A program made the translations under genes and the position numbers. From a virus (Duplodnaviria; Caudoviricetes): a stretch of DNA of 31,938 bases. The stretch is from IMG/VR virus record IMGVR_UViG_3300043467_000990, positions 1 through 31,938 of that record; one strand, written 5' to 3'. The notes under the pieces were generated by a model, which saw only the letters and a list, made by a program, of their open reading frames with translations, searched no databases and was not told the DNA's origin. Below, piece by piece: positions 1 to 7,102 of this stretch; position 1 is the stretch's first letter; every line of letters starts with the position of its first letter.

Positions 1-133
1 ATTCACAAAGCCAAAGACAAAGTCTTGCAATCTTTGACGACGACCGTATGTCATAGAGTAGGCGTACTTTGTGTACCAATTGTGATTTGAGGCGTTCTCT
101 TCATTTGCTAGTTGGTCATTACAGCCATTCATC
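1..133. repeat. Terminal direct repeat, left copy (circular overlap with 31806-31938)
   Basis: 1-133 equals 31806-31938 except position 7 (A) vs 31812 (T). An ORF reads through the junction. Confidence 0.97.
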
Positions 134-300
134 ATTAAGATCGTGCGATAGACCGCGCAGTCTTGAATCTCGTTAGGGAACCTAGTTCTGAAGTCGTTGT
201 ACACGTTCAAGATCTGAGCGATTCTTTCTACTTCTTTTTGAACAAGGATTTCGATTTGCTCGTTGTAAGATTCTCTGATTGTTGCGATTGCGTTTTTCAT
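1..300 (-). CDS. 5' part of a junction-spanning hypothetical (probably early) protein, 184 aa in total, continuing in 31551-31938
   Basis: ATG at 300 (MKNAIATIRESYNEQIEILVQKE...) is in frame with the ATG at 132/31937 of the 128-aa ORF, with no stop between. A host-type promoter lies 21 nt upstream. Confidence 0.85.
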   Translation of the reverse strand, partial: MKNAIATIRESYNEQIEILVQKEVERIAQILNVYNDFRTRFPNEIQDCAVYRTILMMNGCNDQLANEENASNHNWYTKYAYSMTYGRRQRLQDFVFGFVN

Positions 301-321
301 AGTTCGTTTGATTTGATATGT

Positions 322-352
322 CAAAACTACAACTATTCTTGATATACGCAAT
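322..352 (-). promoter_or_regulatory. Bacteroidota housekeeping-sigma promoter (-33/-7)
   Basis: Minus strand ATTG-N19-TAGTTTTG matches the TTTG...TAnnTTTG consensus. Confidence 0.8.
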
Positions 353-360
353 ACACTTTG

Positions 361-624
361 AAACTTTTTTTTCTAAATCTTTTGTTTTCTTACAATTCTA
401 TGACAATTCACTTGTCACTCTTATTCGTAGAAATGTGACTTATATGTATCTAAAAGCATATAAAATGTACGATTTATGACACGTTATATGTCAAAACGTA
501 CACTATTGTAGCAAAAAGACGACATAAGAATTGTCAAAATCTAAGCACTAGTGAAAACTACAAATCGACACTATTCTCAAAAAGTGTCAATTTTTAGTAA
601 CAAATTTCTACTCGTATTTGTTAC
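361..624. other. Largest non-coding region, AT-rich, with inverted repeats and TGTCA/TGACA-like motifs
   Basis: TGACAA-N5-TTGTCA (401-417), GACACT-N10-AGTGTC (567-588), GTAACAAAT-N10-ATTTGTTAC (597-624). 487-507 nearly duplicates 317-337. Confidence 0.6.
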
Positions 625-917
625 AACATCTCATTGAGAACAGCGATCACGTAAGGTTGAAAACCCTTGTTCGCGCTTTGCTCTAGTCGTTTGTTGCGTT
701 CTTGCGTTTGTGCTTTGTGATATGCGATTGCGTTGAAGAACTCTATCAAAGGCATATCTAGAAAGAACTCCCATTTTGTTCGATCACGATTCGCCATCTT
801 GTCGACGAGTTCTAGCCACGCGAAAGGACTTACCTCTACTTTGTCAAGTTGCTCATCTCCTGCTTCAAATAATCGAGGGTAGCGGTCAACAACTGCGGAT
901 AGAGTGCCAAGAAAAAA
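621..917 (-). CDS. -1 frame extension (gpT-like part) of the tail assembly chaperone; fused product about 254 aa
   Basis: Overlaps 836-1384 in the -1 frame and is entered at the slippery heptamer T TTT TTC (917-911). Reads FFLGTLSAVVDRYPRLF...AWLELVDKMA...MPLIEFFNAIAY. Confidence 0.7.
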   Translation of the reverse strand, partial: FFLGTLSAVVDRYPRLFEAGDEQLDKVEVSPFAWLELVDKMANRDRTKWEFFLDMPLIEFFNAIAYHKAQTQERNKRLEQSANKGFQPYVIAVLNEML

Positions 918-1384
918 GACGCGTACGAATAAGCAAACGAGCAACTCAAAGTCTTGAAGTCTTCGCATCGCTCTTCAAAGTTTTGTGCGACTTGACCTTT
1001 TGAGATTTTAACGCGATAGCCAAAGATGTCTACTTCATAAGAGAGCATCGCTAGAATCTTGTGTAAGTTCTCAATGATGTCGTCTGCTTTGATTTGTTGT
1101 AACGCGATGAAGTGTTGAGCGTGCATCTCTTGAGCGTTTGTGATAAGACGATAGCGTTTCTTCATATGCTTGAAAGCGAACATTGGTTTCTCTTGTGGTA
1201 ACTCGTTCAAGAAATTCAACTTCTCTACTTCTTTCAATATCTTCTCAAGCGACATCTCTTCGACTTCGTCGATCTCTAAGCGATTGACGATAGCGATTTG
1301 ATGTACGCGTCGCTCGACTCCTTCAAAGTGATTGATTGAAGAGAGTTCTTGTAGTTGTTCGATTGTTATATTTTTCCAATTCAT
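836..1384 (-). CDS. Putative tail assembly chaperone (gpG-like)
   Basis: 182-aa ORF directly after TerL, with an X XXY YYZ slippery site near its 3' end and an overlapping -1 ORF, as in lambda G/GT. Confidence 0.65.
   Translation of the reverse strand: MNWKNITIEQLQELSSINHFEGVERRVHQIAIVNRLEIDEVEEMSLEKILKEVEKLNFLNELPQEKPMFAFKHMKKRYRLITNAQEMHAQHFIALQQIKADDIIENLHKILAMLSYEVDIFGYRVKISKGQVAQNFEERCEDFKTLSCSFAYSYASFFLALYPQLLTATLDYLKQEMSNLTK
911..917 (-). promoter_or_regulatory. Programmed -1 ribosomal frameshift heptamer U UUU UUC
   Basis: Zero frame gcg tct ttt ttc ttg; -1 frame gtc ttt ttt ctt ggc, open for 96 further codons. Confidence 0.75.
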
Positions 1385-2572
1385 TTATGCAAAGTAAAAT
1401 AATCCCGGTCTATTCTTTGACTTGCAATCTAAAGCAAGCGCAAGAGAGCAAACGCAATCGTCGTGCAAGCCACTAGGTGCGCTATATCGTACACCTGTTC
1501 GCGTGTACTCATACTCGAAAGACTCCATCTCGTAGCCAATAGGGTCTTCGGGAAAACGTATTTCTGTGCGTTGTACTGCAAGAACTAGACCCTCGATGAG
1601 TTGTTGCTTAGATTGAGATGTAAACTTAAAACCTTGAGCGCGAGAACACGCTCTTTGTATTTGCTCGACGATAGGGTCGCCTACACCTGTTGAGTCGATG
1701 AAAGCGGGTGTGTTTTGTACGAGTTGAATGATTCGTTGTTGTGTTTGATTCCAGTCGCTTTGAAAGCGTGCGCAATACGATACGCAATTATTCGCATCGA
1801 TACCAATGATGACCGTATAATCTGTGTACTTTGCAAGGTCGATGCCATACGCTACGACTTGAGAGTTTGTCGTAGGTTGATAGCAAGCGCGAATCGAATC
1901 AATACCAAACGGGTTTGACTTGTCGTCAGCAGGCTCAGCAAGATACAACTCATCGAACACGTGCTTTGGTAAGTCTCTCTTTGCTTGCTCTACTTCGTCT
2001 AGTTGAAGTATGCCTTCGTTGACTGCGTCGTACGCTGTAATCTTGAAATACTCATATTCTTTCTCGCCTTGCTTTGCTCGTTCGCCTAGTTTGTAGAACC
2101 AATTCTTTTTGCCTTTGACGTTACCTATCAACTTGCATTTGCCTTGCGTTGCTGTCAGAGTAGAACGAAGAGCGAACCACGACTCTTCTCGCGCTCGTGA
2201 TGCTTCGTCAAAGACACAAGCGTACACGTCGTCGCCGTATAAATTGTCGGGCTTCTCTGCGCTCTTGAACTCGATTCTCGCACCTGTGGGAAGCGTCAAT
2301 AACAACTTCGATTCGTTTGTCGTGAAGAAGTCTTTTTGTGTGACTTGCGTCTTCATACGACGATAAGCGATTTCTGCTTGTTGGTATACAGGTGCAACCC
2401 ACCACACACTTTGACCATCGCGCAACTTTAGTGCTTGCTCGAATAGCCAAATGATGTGTGATGCTGTCTTACCTGTTTTAGTACTCGCCGCTGTGATTGT
2501 GTATCTCGCTTTTGAGTCGAGAATGTTCTTTTGATAAGAAGTCAATCGAGGGCGAACGTACTCTATTTGCAT
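1385..2572 (-). CDS. terL: Terminase large subunit
   Basis: Walker A-like ASTKTGKT, WWVAPVYQQA, Walker B CVFDEA, nuclease motifs YGIDLAK, IDSTGVGD and HDDCV. Start taken as the ATG at 2572 (MQIEYVRP) overlapping the upstream stop. Confidence 0.93.
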   Translation of the reverse strand: MQIEYVRPRLTSYQKNILDSKARYTITAASTKTGKTASHIIWLFEQALKLRDGQSVWWVAPVYQQAEIAYRRMKTQVTQKDFFTTNESKLLLTLPTGARIEFKSAEKPDNLYGDDVYACVFDEASRAREESWFALRSTLTATQGKCKLIGNVKGKKNWFYKLGERAKQGEKEYEYFKITAYDAVNEGILQLDEVEQAKRDLPKHVFDELYLAEPADDKSNPFGIDSIRACYQPTTNSQVVAYGIDLAKYTDYTVIIGIDANNCVSYCARFQSDWNQTQQRIIQLVQNTPAFIDSTGVGDPIVEQIQRACSRAQGFKFTSQSKQQLIEGLVLAVQRTEIRFPEDPIGYEMESFEYEYTRTGVRYSAPSGLHDDCVCSLALALDCKSKNRPGLFYFA

Positions 2573-3558
2573 ACGCTTTCGTAGAATTTCATTCGTGATA
2601 TATTCCACAACTTGATGTCGTGAAACTTGCGAGAGTAGTACGCGTTTGAAGAGCCTAGTTCAGAAGCGTTTGTCATCGCTTGCTTGATCGCTTCGTACCA
2701 CTCGTCATTCTTTGCGAAGATCACACCTCCGTTGTCGACGTGATTCAAGTAAGGCTCACAAGCACTCACAACGATAGGCAACTCGTACGCGCTCGCTTCG
2801 AGAATCTTCAACTCACTCTTACACGAATTGAACTTTGTCGTCTGTAGAGGTGCGATTGCTAGATCAAAGTGTTTGTAGACTTCACCATATGCGTTTGCGC
2901 TAGTGCCACGAACGACGTGAAACCAATCGCCTTTGAACATCGAGCAGATTGAGTCCCATATGTCGCTAGGTGTGTAGCCACAAAGATAGAAGTCGATGAG
3001 ACCTTCTTCACCTAGACGAGTGATTGCGTCTACTACGAGTTTCAAATCTTCGTGATGTGTGATGCCACCAACCCAACCTACTTTGAATTTCTCGTTCGCT
3101 AGTCGTGAGTGTCGCCATTGCTCGTGTTCGTAGTCGATGCAATTAGGTAGAACGATTGAGTTCTTGTTGTATTGCTTCACTTGATCGAGTAGTTGACGCG
3201 TTGTGCAAGTGACACCATCTGCGTAGTGAAGAGCGTCTTTGATTGCGTTCTTGATTCCGTTGCGATACGCCCAATATGCGGGATTGAATTTAGGCAACAC
3301 CCAATAGTCGTCAACGTCTACGATGTACGGAGTCTTCGCTTGAGCAATCTTCTTTAAGATATCGTAGTGATGCTTTCCTAGCCAACGATTGAAGACTACG
3401 AGGTCGTAGTTCTTGAAGTCAACTAGATTCATCATTGTATCGCTATCTTGAGCGATGTCTACCGTTGCGTATGCGTCGAGTTGTAGACGCATCAATGGCG
3501 TGTATATCCTGTGATACACAACGCCATTCATTCCGTCTGCTAGTGCAAGTATTCTCAT
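2563..3558 (-). CDS. GT-B fold (GT4-like) glycosyltransferase
   Basis: GVVYHRIYTP, VDVDDYW, VGWVGGITHHEDL, DLAIAPL...FNSCKSELKILEA (E-x7-type nucleotide-sugar binding region). Confidence 0.8.
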   Translation of the reverse strand: MRILALADGMNGVVYHRIYTPLMRLQLDAYATVDIAQDSDTMMNLVDFKNYDLVVFNRWLGKHHYDILKKIAQAKTPYIVDVDDYWVLPKFNPAYWAYRNGIKNAIKDALHYADGVTCTTRQLLDQVKQYNKNSIVLPNCIDYEHEQWRHSRLANEKFKVGWVGGITHHEDLKLVVDAITRLGEEGLIDFYLCGYTPSDIWDSICSMFKGDWFHVVRGTSANAYGEVYKHFDLAIAPLQTTKFNSCKSELKILEASAYELPIVVSACEPYLNHVDNGGVIFAKNDEWYEAIKQAMTNASELGSSNAYYSRKFHDIKLWNISRMKFYESVCK

Positions 3559-3764
3559 AGTTGTTCAATTTCTTGTTTTACATTTTTCCAATATGTATAC
3601 ACCGACATTGGAACATTTGATTGAAAATCAAATTCGTTACATTGAATTTCTTTGACTATCTCATCAACTGCAATCAACGCACAAGCGACGCCTTCATTTC
3701 GTTGTTGCAAACCTACGATACTAAACTTGTCGACTAGTTCTTTCGCTTTCTCTTGTGGTGTCAT
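3555..3764 (-). CDS. Small hypothetical phage protein (MTPQEKAKEL family)
   Basis: 69-aa ORF coupled by ATGA overlaps; paralog of 3761-3940. Confidence 0.75.
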   Translation of the reverse strand: MTPQEKAKELVDKFSIVGLQQRNEGVACALIAVDEIVKEIQCNEFDFQSNVPMSVYTYWKNVKQEIEQL

Positions 3765-3940
3765 AGTTCTAAAAGTATTTGTTTGACTTCTTGATAGAAC
3801 ATCAACTCATTGCGATTCTGCCACGAGTTATGAGACAACGCTTCAATAATTTGATTGACTGCTACAAGTGAGCAATCTTTTACCGTCAAAGAGTTGTTAT
3901 ATGACTCCTTGATTTCTTGTGCTTTGTCTTGTGATGTCAT
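3761..3940 (-). CDS. Small hypothetical protein, 59 aa, missing from the ORF track
   Basis: MTSQDKAQEIKESYNNSLTVKDCSLVAVNQIIEALSHNSWQNRNELMFYQEVKQILLEL; ATGA overlaps at both ends. Confidence 0.75.
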   Translation of the reverse strand: MTSQDKAQEIKESYNNSLTVKDCSLVAVNQIIEALSHNSWQNRNELMFYQEVKQILLEL

Positions 3941-4122
3941 TCGTTTGGTGCGATTGGGATGGGCATCCAGTACTCAACTTGAATAAGTCGATTCGTGTGT
4001 TCGTCGACCCACATCTCGTCGAGGTATCTAGCAAGAGCGATGTCGCCTTGATAAGTCTTAACGAGTTTAAGTTCGTCATCAATCGGTGGTAGTACGTCGC
4101 TACCTCTCCACGTCTTCTTCAT
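3937..4122 (-). CDS. DUF551-like small protein
   Basis: W...LPP at the N-terminus and VEYWMPIPIAP at the C-terminus. Confidence 0.6.
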   Translation of the reverse strand: MKKTWRGSDVLPPIDDELKLVKTYQGDIALARYLDEMWVDEHTNRLIQVEYWMPIPIAPNE

Positions 4123-4328
4123 TAGAATTTTGGTTTTGGCAAAGATAGTGAATGTGTCGCTTTTGATTTCTCGTTGACTTCTTTCATTCGATTGCAGTTC
4201 ACACGTACGTCACCGTATTGATTGACGATGAGTTCACCGCTTTCGATAGCGTCATTGAGTTTCTTGATGTTGATTGATAGGTTGAGTCCGTACTCGTTCT
4301 CCCATCCGTTTCCGATGTAGGTTGTCAT
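4122..4328 (-). CDS. Hypothetical protein (possible small ssDNA-binding-like fold)
   Basis: 68-aa ORF coupled by TAATG overlaps; function is a guess. Confidence 0.6.
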   Translation of the reverse strand: MTTYIGNGWENEYGLNLSINIKKLNDAIESGELIVNQYGDVRVNCNRMKEVNEKSKATHSLSLPKPKF

Positions 4329-4693
4329 TAGTCTAATTTAAGTGTGATTTTGATTGGTTCTTCTGTTCGTATTGTTGTCTCTACTTCTTCTTTGGGTTTG
4401 CCGTGTACTCTAGTCAACAAAGTCTCAAGCGAGAAAAGAGAGTTCTTGTCGTGTGATTTGAGTAGCGCACCTGCGACGATGCGTTCTAAGATAGTGTACT
4501 CGTTGCCCTTGTCGATCTCTGTGAGTTCTTCTCTTGACATTGCGACTAGATTCATCAATGTTTGATTGATGTCGTCTTTTGTATAGCCTAGCCCTTTGAG
4601 TTGAGTGACTAGTTTCTTTGGTCTTCCGTTCGGGTTTGCTTTGTTTCCCGGCTCGAATTTCTTTAGGTTCTTGAGTGAGTTTTCGTGTGCCAT
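4328..4693 (-). CDS. terS: Putative terminase small subunit
   Basis: NLKKFEPGNKANPNGRPKK (DUF5681-like N-terminus) and LLTRVHGKPKE; between HNH and TerL. Confidence 0.7.
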   Translation of the reverse strand: MAHENSLKNLKKFEPGNKANPNGRPKKLVTQLKGLGYTKDDINQTLMNLVAMSREELTEIDKGNEYTILERIVAGALLKSHDKNSLFSLETLLTRVHGKPKEEVETTIRTEEPIKITLKLD

Positions 4694-4713
4694 TTTATCT
4701 CGTTTGTATCTCG

Positions 4714-4971
4714 TTATTGACGCTTACTCAAAGCGATTCGATGCTTCTCTTTGAGAAAGTCTTTGTACTGCTTTTGATCACCAAATTTCGTGTGACATTC
4801 TCTACACAACGCTTGAAGATTTGTGATGACATCTCTTGTGTTTGAGCCACCCATACCACGTGCTTCGATGTGATGAATGTCTACCGCAGTTCTCTCACAC
4901 ACTTCGCAAGGTATGAAGTCGCTTATGTCGTAGCCAAAGTGATTGAAGTATGTCATAACGTGCTTCTTCAT
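4714..4971 (-). CDS. HNH endonuclease (packaging-associated type)
   Basis: CEVC...DIHHI...NLQALCRECH; adjacent to TerS. Confidence 0.85.
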   Translation of the reverse strand: MKKHVMTYFNHFGYDISDFIPCEVCERTAVDIHHIEARGMGGSNTRDVITNLQALCRECHTKFGDQKQYKDFLKEKHRIALSKRQ

Positions 4972-5189
4972 ATTTCAAGATTGTAAAGATTTAAGAGTTC
5001 GTGAAGTTTATCTCGTGTCTCTTGTAGTGCTTTATGAGTGTCTTCGCTTTGTGTGTCGGGTGCGTACTTGATCAAACTTCTCAAGTGTTGGTCTAGATGA
5101 AATGCAACCATAGAGAACTTATGACCATTGAGTGCGAGTTCAAATTTCTCTCTTTCATCTATTAAGTCAAACTCAAGTATCGCTTTCAT
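4968..5189 (-). CDS. Hypothetical phage protein
   Basis: 73-aa ORF in a tightly packed operon (MKAILEFDL...). Confidence 0.7.
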   Translation of the reverse strand: MKAILEFDLIDEREKFELALNGHKFSMVAFHLDQHLRSLIKYAPDTQSEDTHKALQETRDKLHELLNLYNLEI

Positions 5190-5192
5190 CTT

Positions 5193-5378
5193 TTACTCTT
5201 TAGTATTATACTCATTAGTCTCATAGATTTCTTTTGCTTTAGAGAATCCTGCGTTGTATGCCATTTGTTGTTCTAGTTTCTCTAACATCGTGAAGTTGTA
5301 GATGAGACTCTCTGACATTTGCAAATCTGGCACTTGTTGACGCACGTGTTCTATTAGTCTTTCCATTGGTGTTTTCAT
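5193..5378 (-). CDS. Hypothetical protein (paralog family with 5375-5581 and 6273-6521)
   Basis: MKTPMERL...EKLEQQMAYNAG. Confidence 0.65.
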   Translation of the reverse strand: MKTPMERLIEHVRQQVPDLQMSESLIYNFTMLEKLEQQMAYNAGFSKAKEIYETNEYNTKE

Positions 5379-5581
5379 TGCTCTCCGTATTTCTGTTCGT
5401 AGTATTGTTTTGGTGTGATTTTCAAATCGAGTAAGCCACTGATAGCGCCTTCACAATGAGCGTGCTTCATTTGCCACTCTTCAATACGAATCAACTCTTT
5501 GCATTTGATTATCAATTCAAGCGGTATCGTGTACTCGTGTTTCATCAACTCGTCGTACATCGTTTGCATTGCTGTTCTCAT
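5375..5581 (-). CDS. Hypothetical protein (same paralog family)
   Basis: MRTAMQTM...EEWQMKHAHCEG...KQYYEQKYG. Confidence 0.65.
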   Translation of the reverse strand: MRTAMQTMYDELMKHEYTIPLELIIKCKELIRIEEWQMKHAHCEGAISGLLDLKITPKQYYEQKYGEQ

Positions 5582-5711
5582 TGTTTGCTATTGATTGAAA
5601 TTCATTTATGATGTGAGTGATAATTCGCATCACATCAAATTTGTCTTTTGTGACTGACGATGTGAACTCCATTTCTATTTCACTCTCTCGTTGCTTGAGA
5701 CGTATCTTCAT
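5517..5711 (-). CDS. Hypothetical protein
   Basis: 64-aa ORF with an ATGA overlap at its start; its tail overlaps the next gene. Confidence 0.5.
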   Translation of the reverse strand: MKIRLKQRESEIEMEFTSSVTKDKFDVMRIITHIINEFQSIANNENSNANDVRRVDETRVHDTA

Positions 5712-6019
5712 ATTTTCTTTCTTCTGCGCTTTGTTTGCTCATCGTCTGCGATAGTCGCTCTCTCGATTGCTTGTTGCTTCTCGCGCCATTCTGCTTGCTC
5801 TTTGATTGAGTTAAGTTTTTGATTGCAGAAAATTAAGAGTGAGAAATACGCCTCAACAAAACAAGATGAGCAAGATGGCATTGAACGACCATACAATGAT
5901 TGATAAACGCTTCTCAAACGATGCGCTTCTTCTGGATTCAATGACAACACTTGTGTCTTTTTGTACTCGTTGTATTTCGGTTCTAGACTTACAACGAACT
6001 CGATGTCTTCAAAATTCAT
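5708..6019 (-). CDS. Hypothetical protein with CxxC
   Basis: VYQSLYGRSMPSCSSC, basic C-terminus, coupled ORF. Confidence 0.7.
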   Translation of the reverse strand: MNFEDIEFVVSLEPKYNEYKKTQVLSLNPEEAHRLRSVYQSLYGRSMPSCSSCFVEAYFSLLIFCNQKLNSIKEQAEWREKQQAIERATIADDEQTKRRRKKI

Positions 6020-6276
6020 ATTTTAGTTTCTAATAGTGCAACAATGATAGTAGAGATAGACGCGTAGAGAATGCCTACGAGACCGTATTGATACGTGAAG
6101 TAGCCTAAGCCAATCCAAAACGACATACAAAATGCGCAATCAAAAGGCTTCATTCGTTGCCAATTGAAAGGGTTACTTCCGTAGATGTAAGACTTGATGT
6201 AGTCTGCAGGTTTGCCAAAGTTTACGAGTATGATGCTAAAGGAAGCAATACCCAAGATTTCTAGATGTGTCATCAA
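6016..6276 (-). CDS. Small membrane protein with CxxC (DUF1360-like)
   Basis: KPFDCAFCMSFWIGL plus hydrophobic helices. Confidence 0.7.
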   Translation of the reverse strand: MMTHLEILGIASFSIILVNFGKPADYIKSYIYGSNPFNWQRMKPFDCAFCMSFWIGLGYFTYQYGLVGILYASISTIIVALLETKI

Positions 6277-6521
6277 TAGTGATTTTTGTAGTATAGTTGT
6301 GCAAGAATTTGCGCTTTGTTTGAATGCGCGTTTAAGTCTGTTTCGTAGCCGTCGACGAATGCTTTCTTCAATAGTGCTTCTTCTTCTTCGACGAGTCCGT
6401 CAAATTGCTTGTGAAGTCTTCTCACTTCTTCTGCTTTCAAAGTGTCACCACATTCTTCATGGATGCTTGCAAGATTCGTCAAAAATCTATCGACGAACTT
6501 CATTGGGGTTTGTTTTCTCAT
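6273..6521 (-). CDS. Hypothetical protein (same paralog family)
   Basis: MRKQTPM...EEALLKKAFVDG...AQLYYKNHY. Confidence 0.65.
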   Translation of the reverse strand: MRKQTPMKFVDRFLTNLASIHEECGDTLKAEEVRRLHKQFDGLVEEEEALLKKAFVDGYETDLNAHSNKAQILAQLYYKNHY

Positions 6522-7029
6522 ATTGTTCTTGTACTAGTTGTTTCATTAGTTTTACTACGCGTAAGATTTCTCGTACGCTTATTCCTGTTTTGCGATGTAG
6601 AGATCGTGCGCTATTGCCTTCGAGCCACATCTTGAAGAGTTCACGCTCGTACCAATGAGAAGACTCAATGATAAAGTCGTACGCTCGTATTTTGCTTCTC
6701 TCTTGCTCATAGTCTTCTATTTGTACTAGATGGTCTTTGTCATCACTTTGTAAGTTACACTCATACACATCAACGCTGTCGTAGATACGATTTTGTTGAA
6801 ATGGGTGACGATTGCCATTGATCGCGGTGTGAAGTACTTTGATAGCCCACCATTGTAAGTAACCGTCGTTGTGTAACTTCTCAACATATGCGTCATCTTT
6901 TTCGAGTAGTAGTAGAAAAAAGTATTGATATAGTTCTCTTGCTAGTTCTTTGTTCTTTGAGATGCGAAGACACGTATCGAATACCCACTTTTGAGTTGTT
7001 AGATTTTCGATGATTTGCGACTTCTTCAA
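6487..7029 (-). CDS. ECF-type sigma-70-like factor (candidate late sigma)
   Basis: 180 aa; region-2-like KNKELARELYQYFFLLLLE...YLQWWAIKV and region-4 HTH ERELFKMWLEGNSARSLHRKTGISVREI; TTG start with its own promoter. Confidence 0.7.
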   Translation of the reverse strand: MKKSQIIENLTTQKWVFDTCLRISKNKELARELYQYFFLLLLEKDDAYVEKLHNDGYLQWWAIKVLHTAINGNRHPFQQNRIYDSVDVYECNLQSDDKDHLVQIEDYEQERSKIRAYDFIIESSHWYERELFKMWLEGNSARSLHRKTGISVREILRVVKLMKQLVQEQYEKTNPNEVRR

Positions 7030-7034
7030 CGATG

Positions 7035-7065
7035 CAAATATAGAAAAAGTTTTTGTATTTACAAA
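7035..7065 (-). promoter_or_regulatory. Bacteroidota housekeeping-sigma promoter
   Basis: TTTG-N19-TATATTTG, 5 nt before the TTG start of the sigma-like gene. Confidence 0.85.
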
Positions 7066-7102
7066 CTATTTTTTCTCAATGCTTACAAAATACCCGTCTT
7101 TT

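Noticed and set aside
1-133. Biological direct terminal repeat (T7-like)
   Set aside because: It lies in the middle of a gene and its length is typical of an assembler overlap; it shows circularity, not physical ends.
361-624. Mini-CRISPR array or tRNA in the non-coding region
   Set aside because: No identical repeats with unique spacers and no cloverleaf or T-loop motif.
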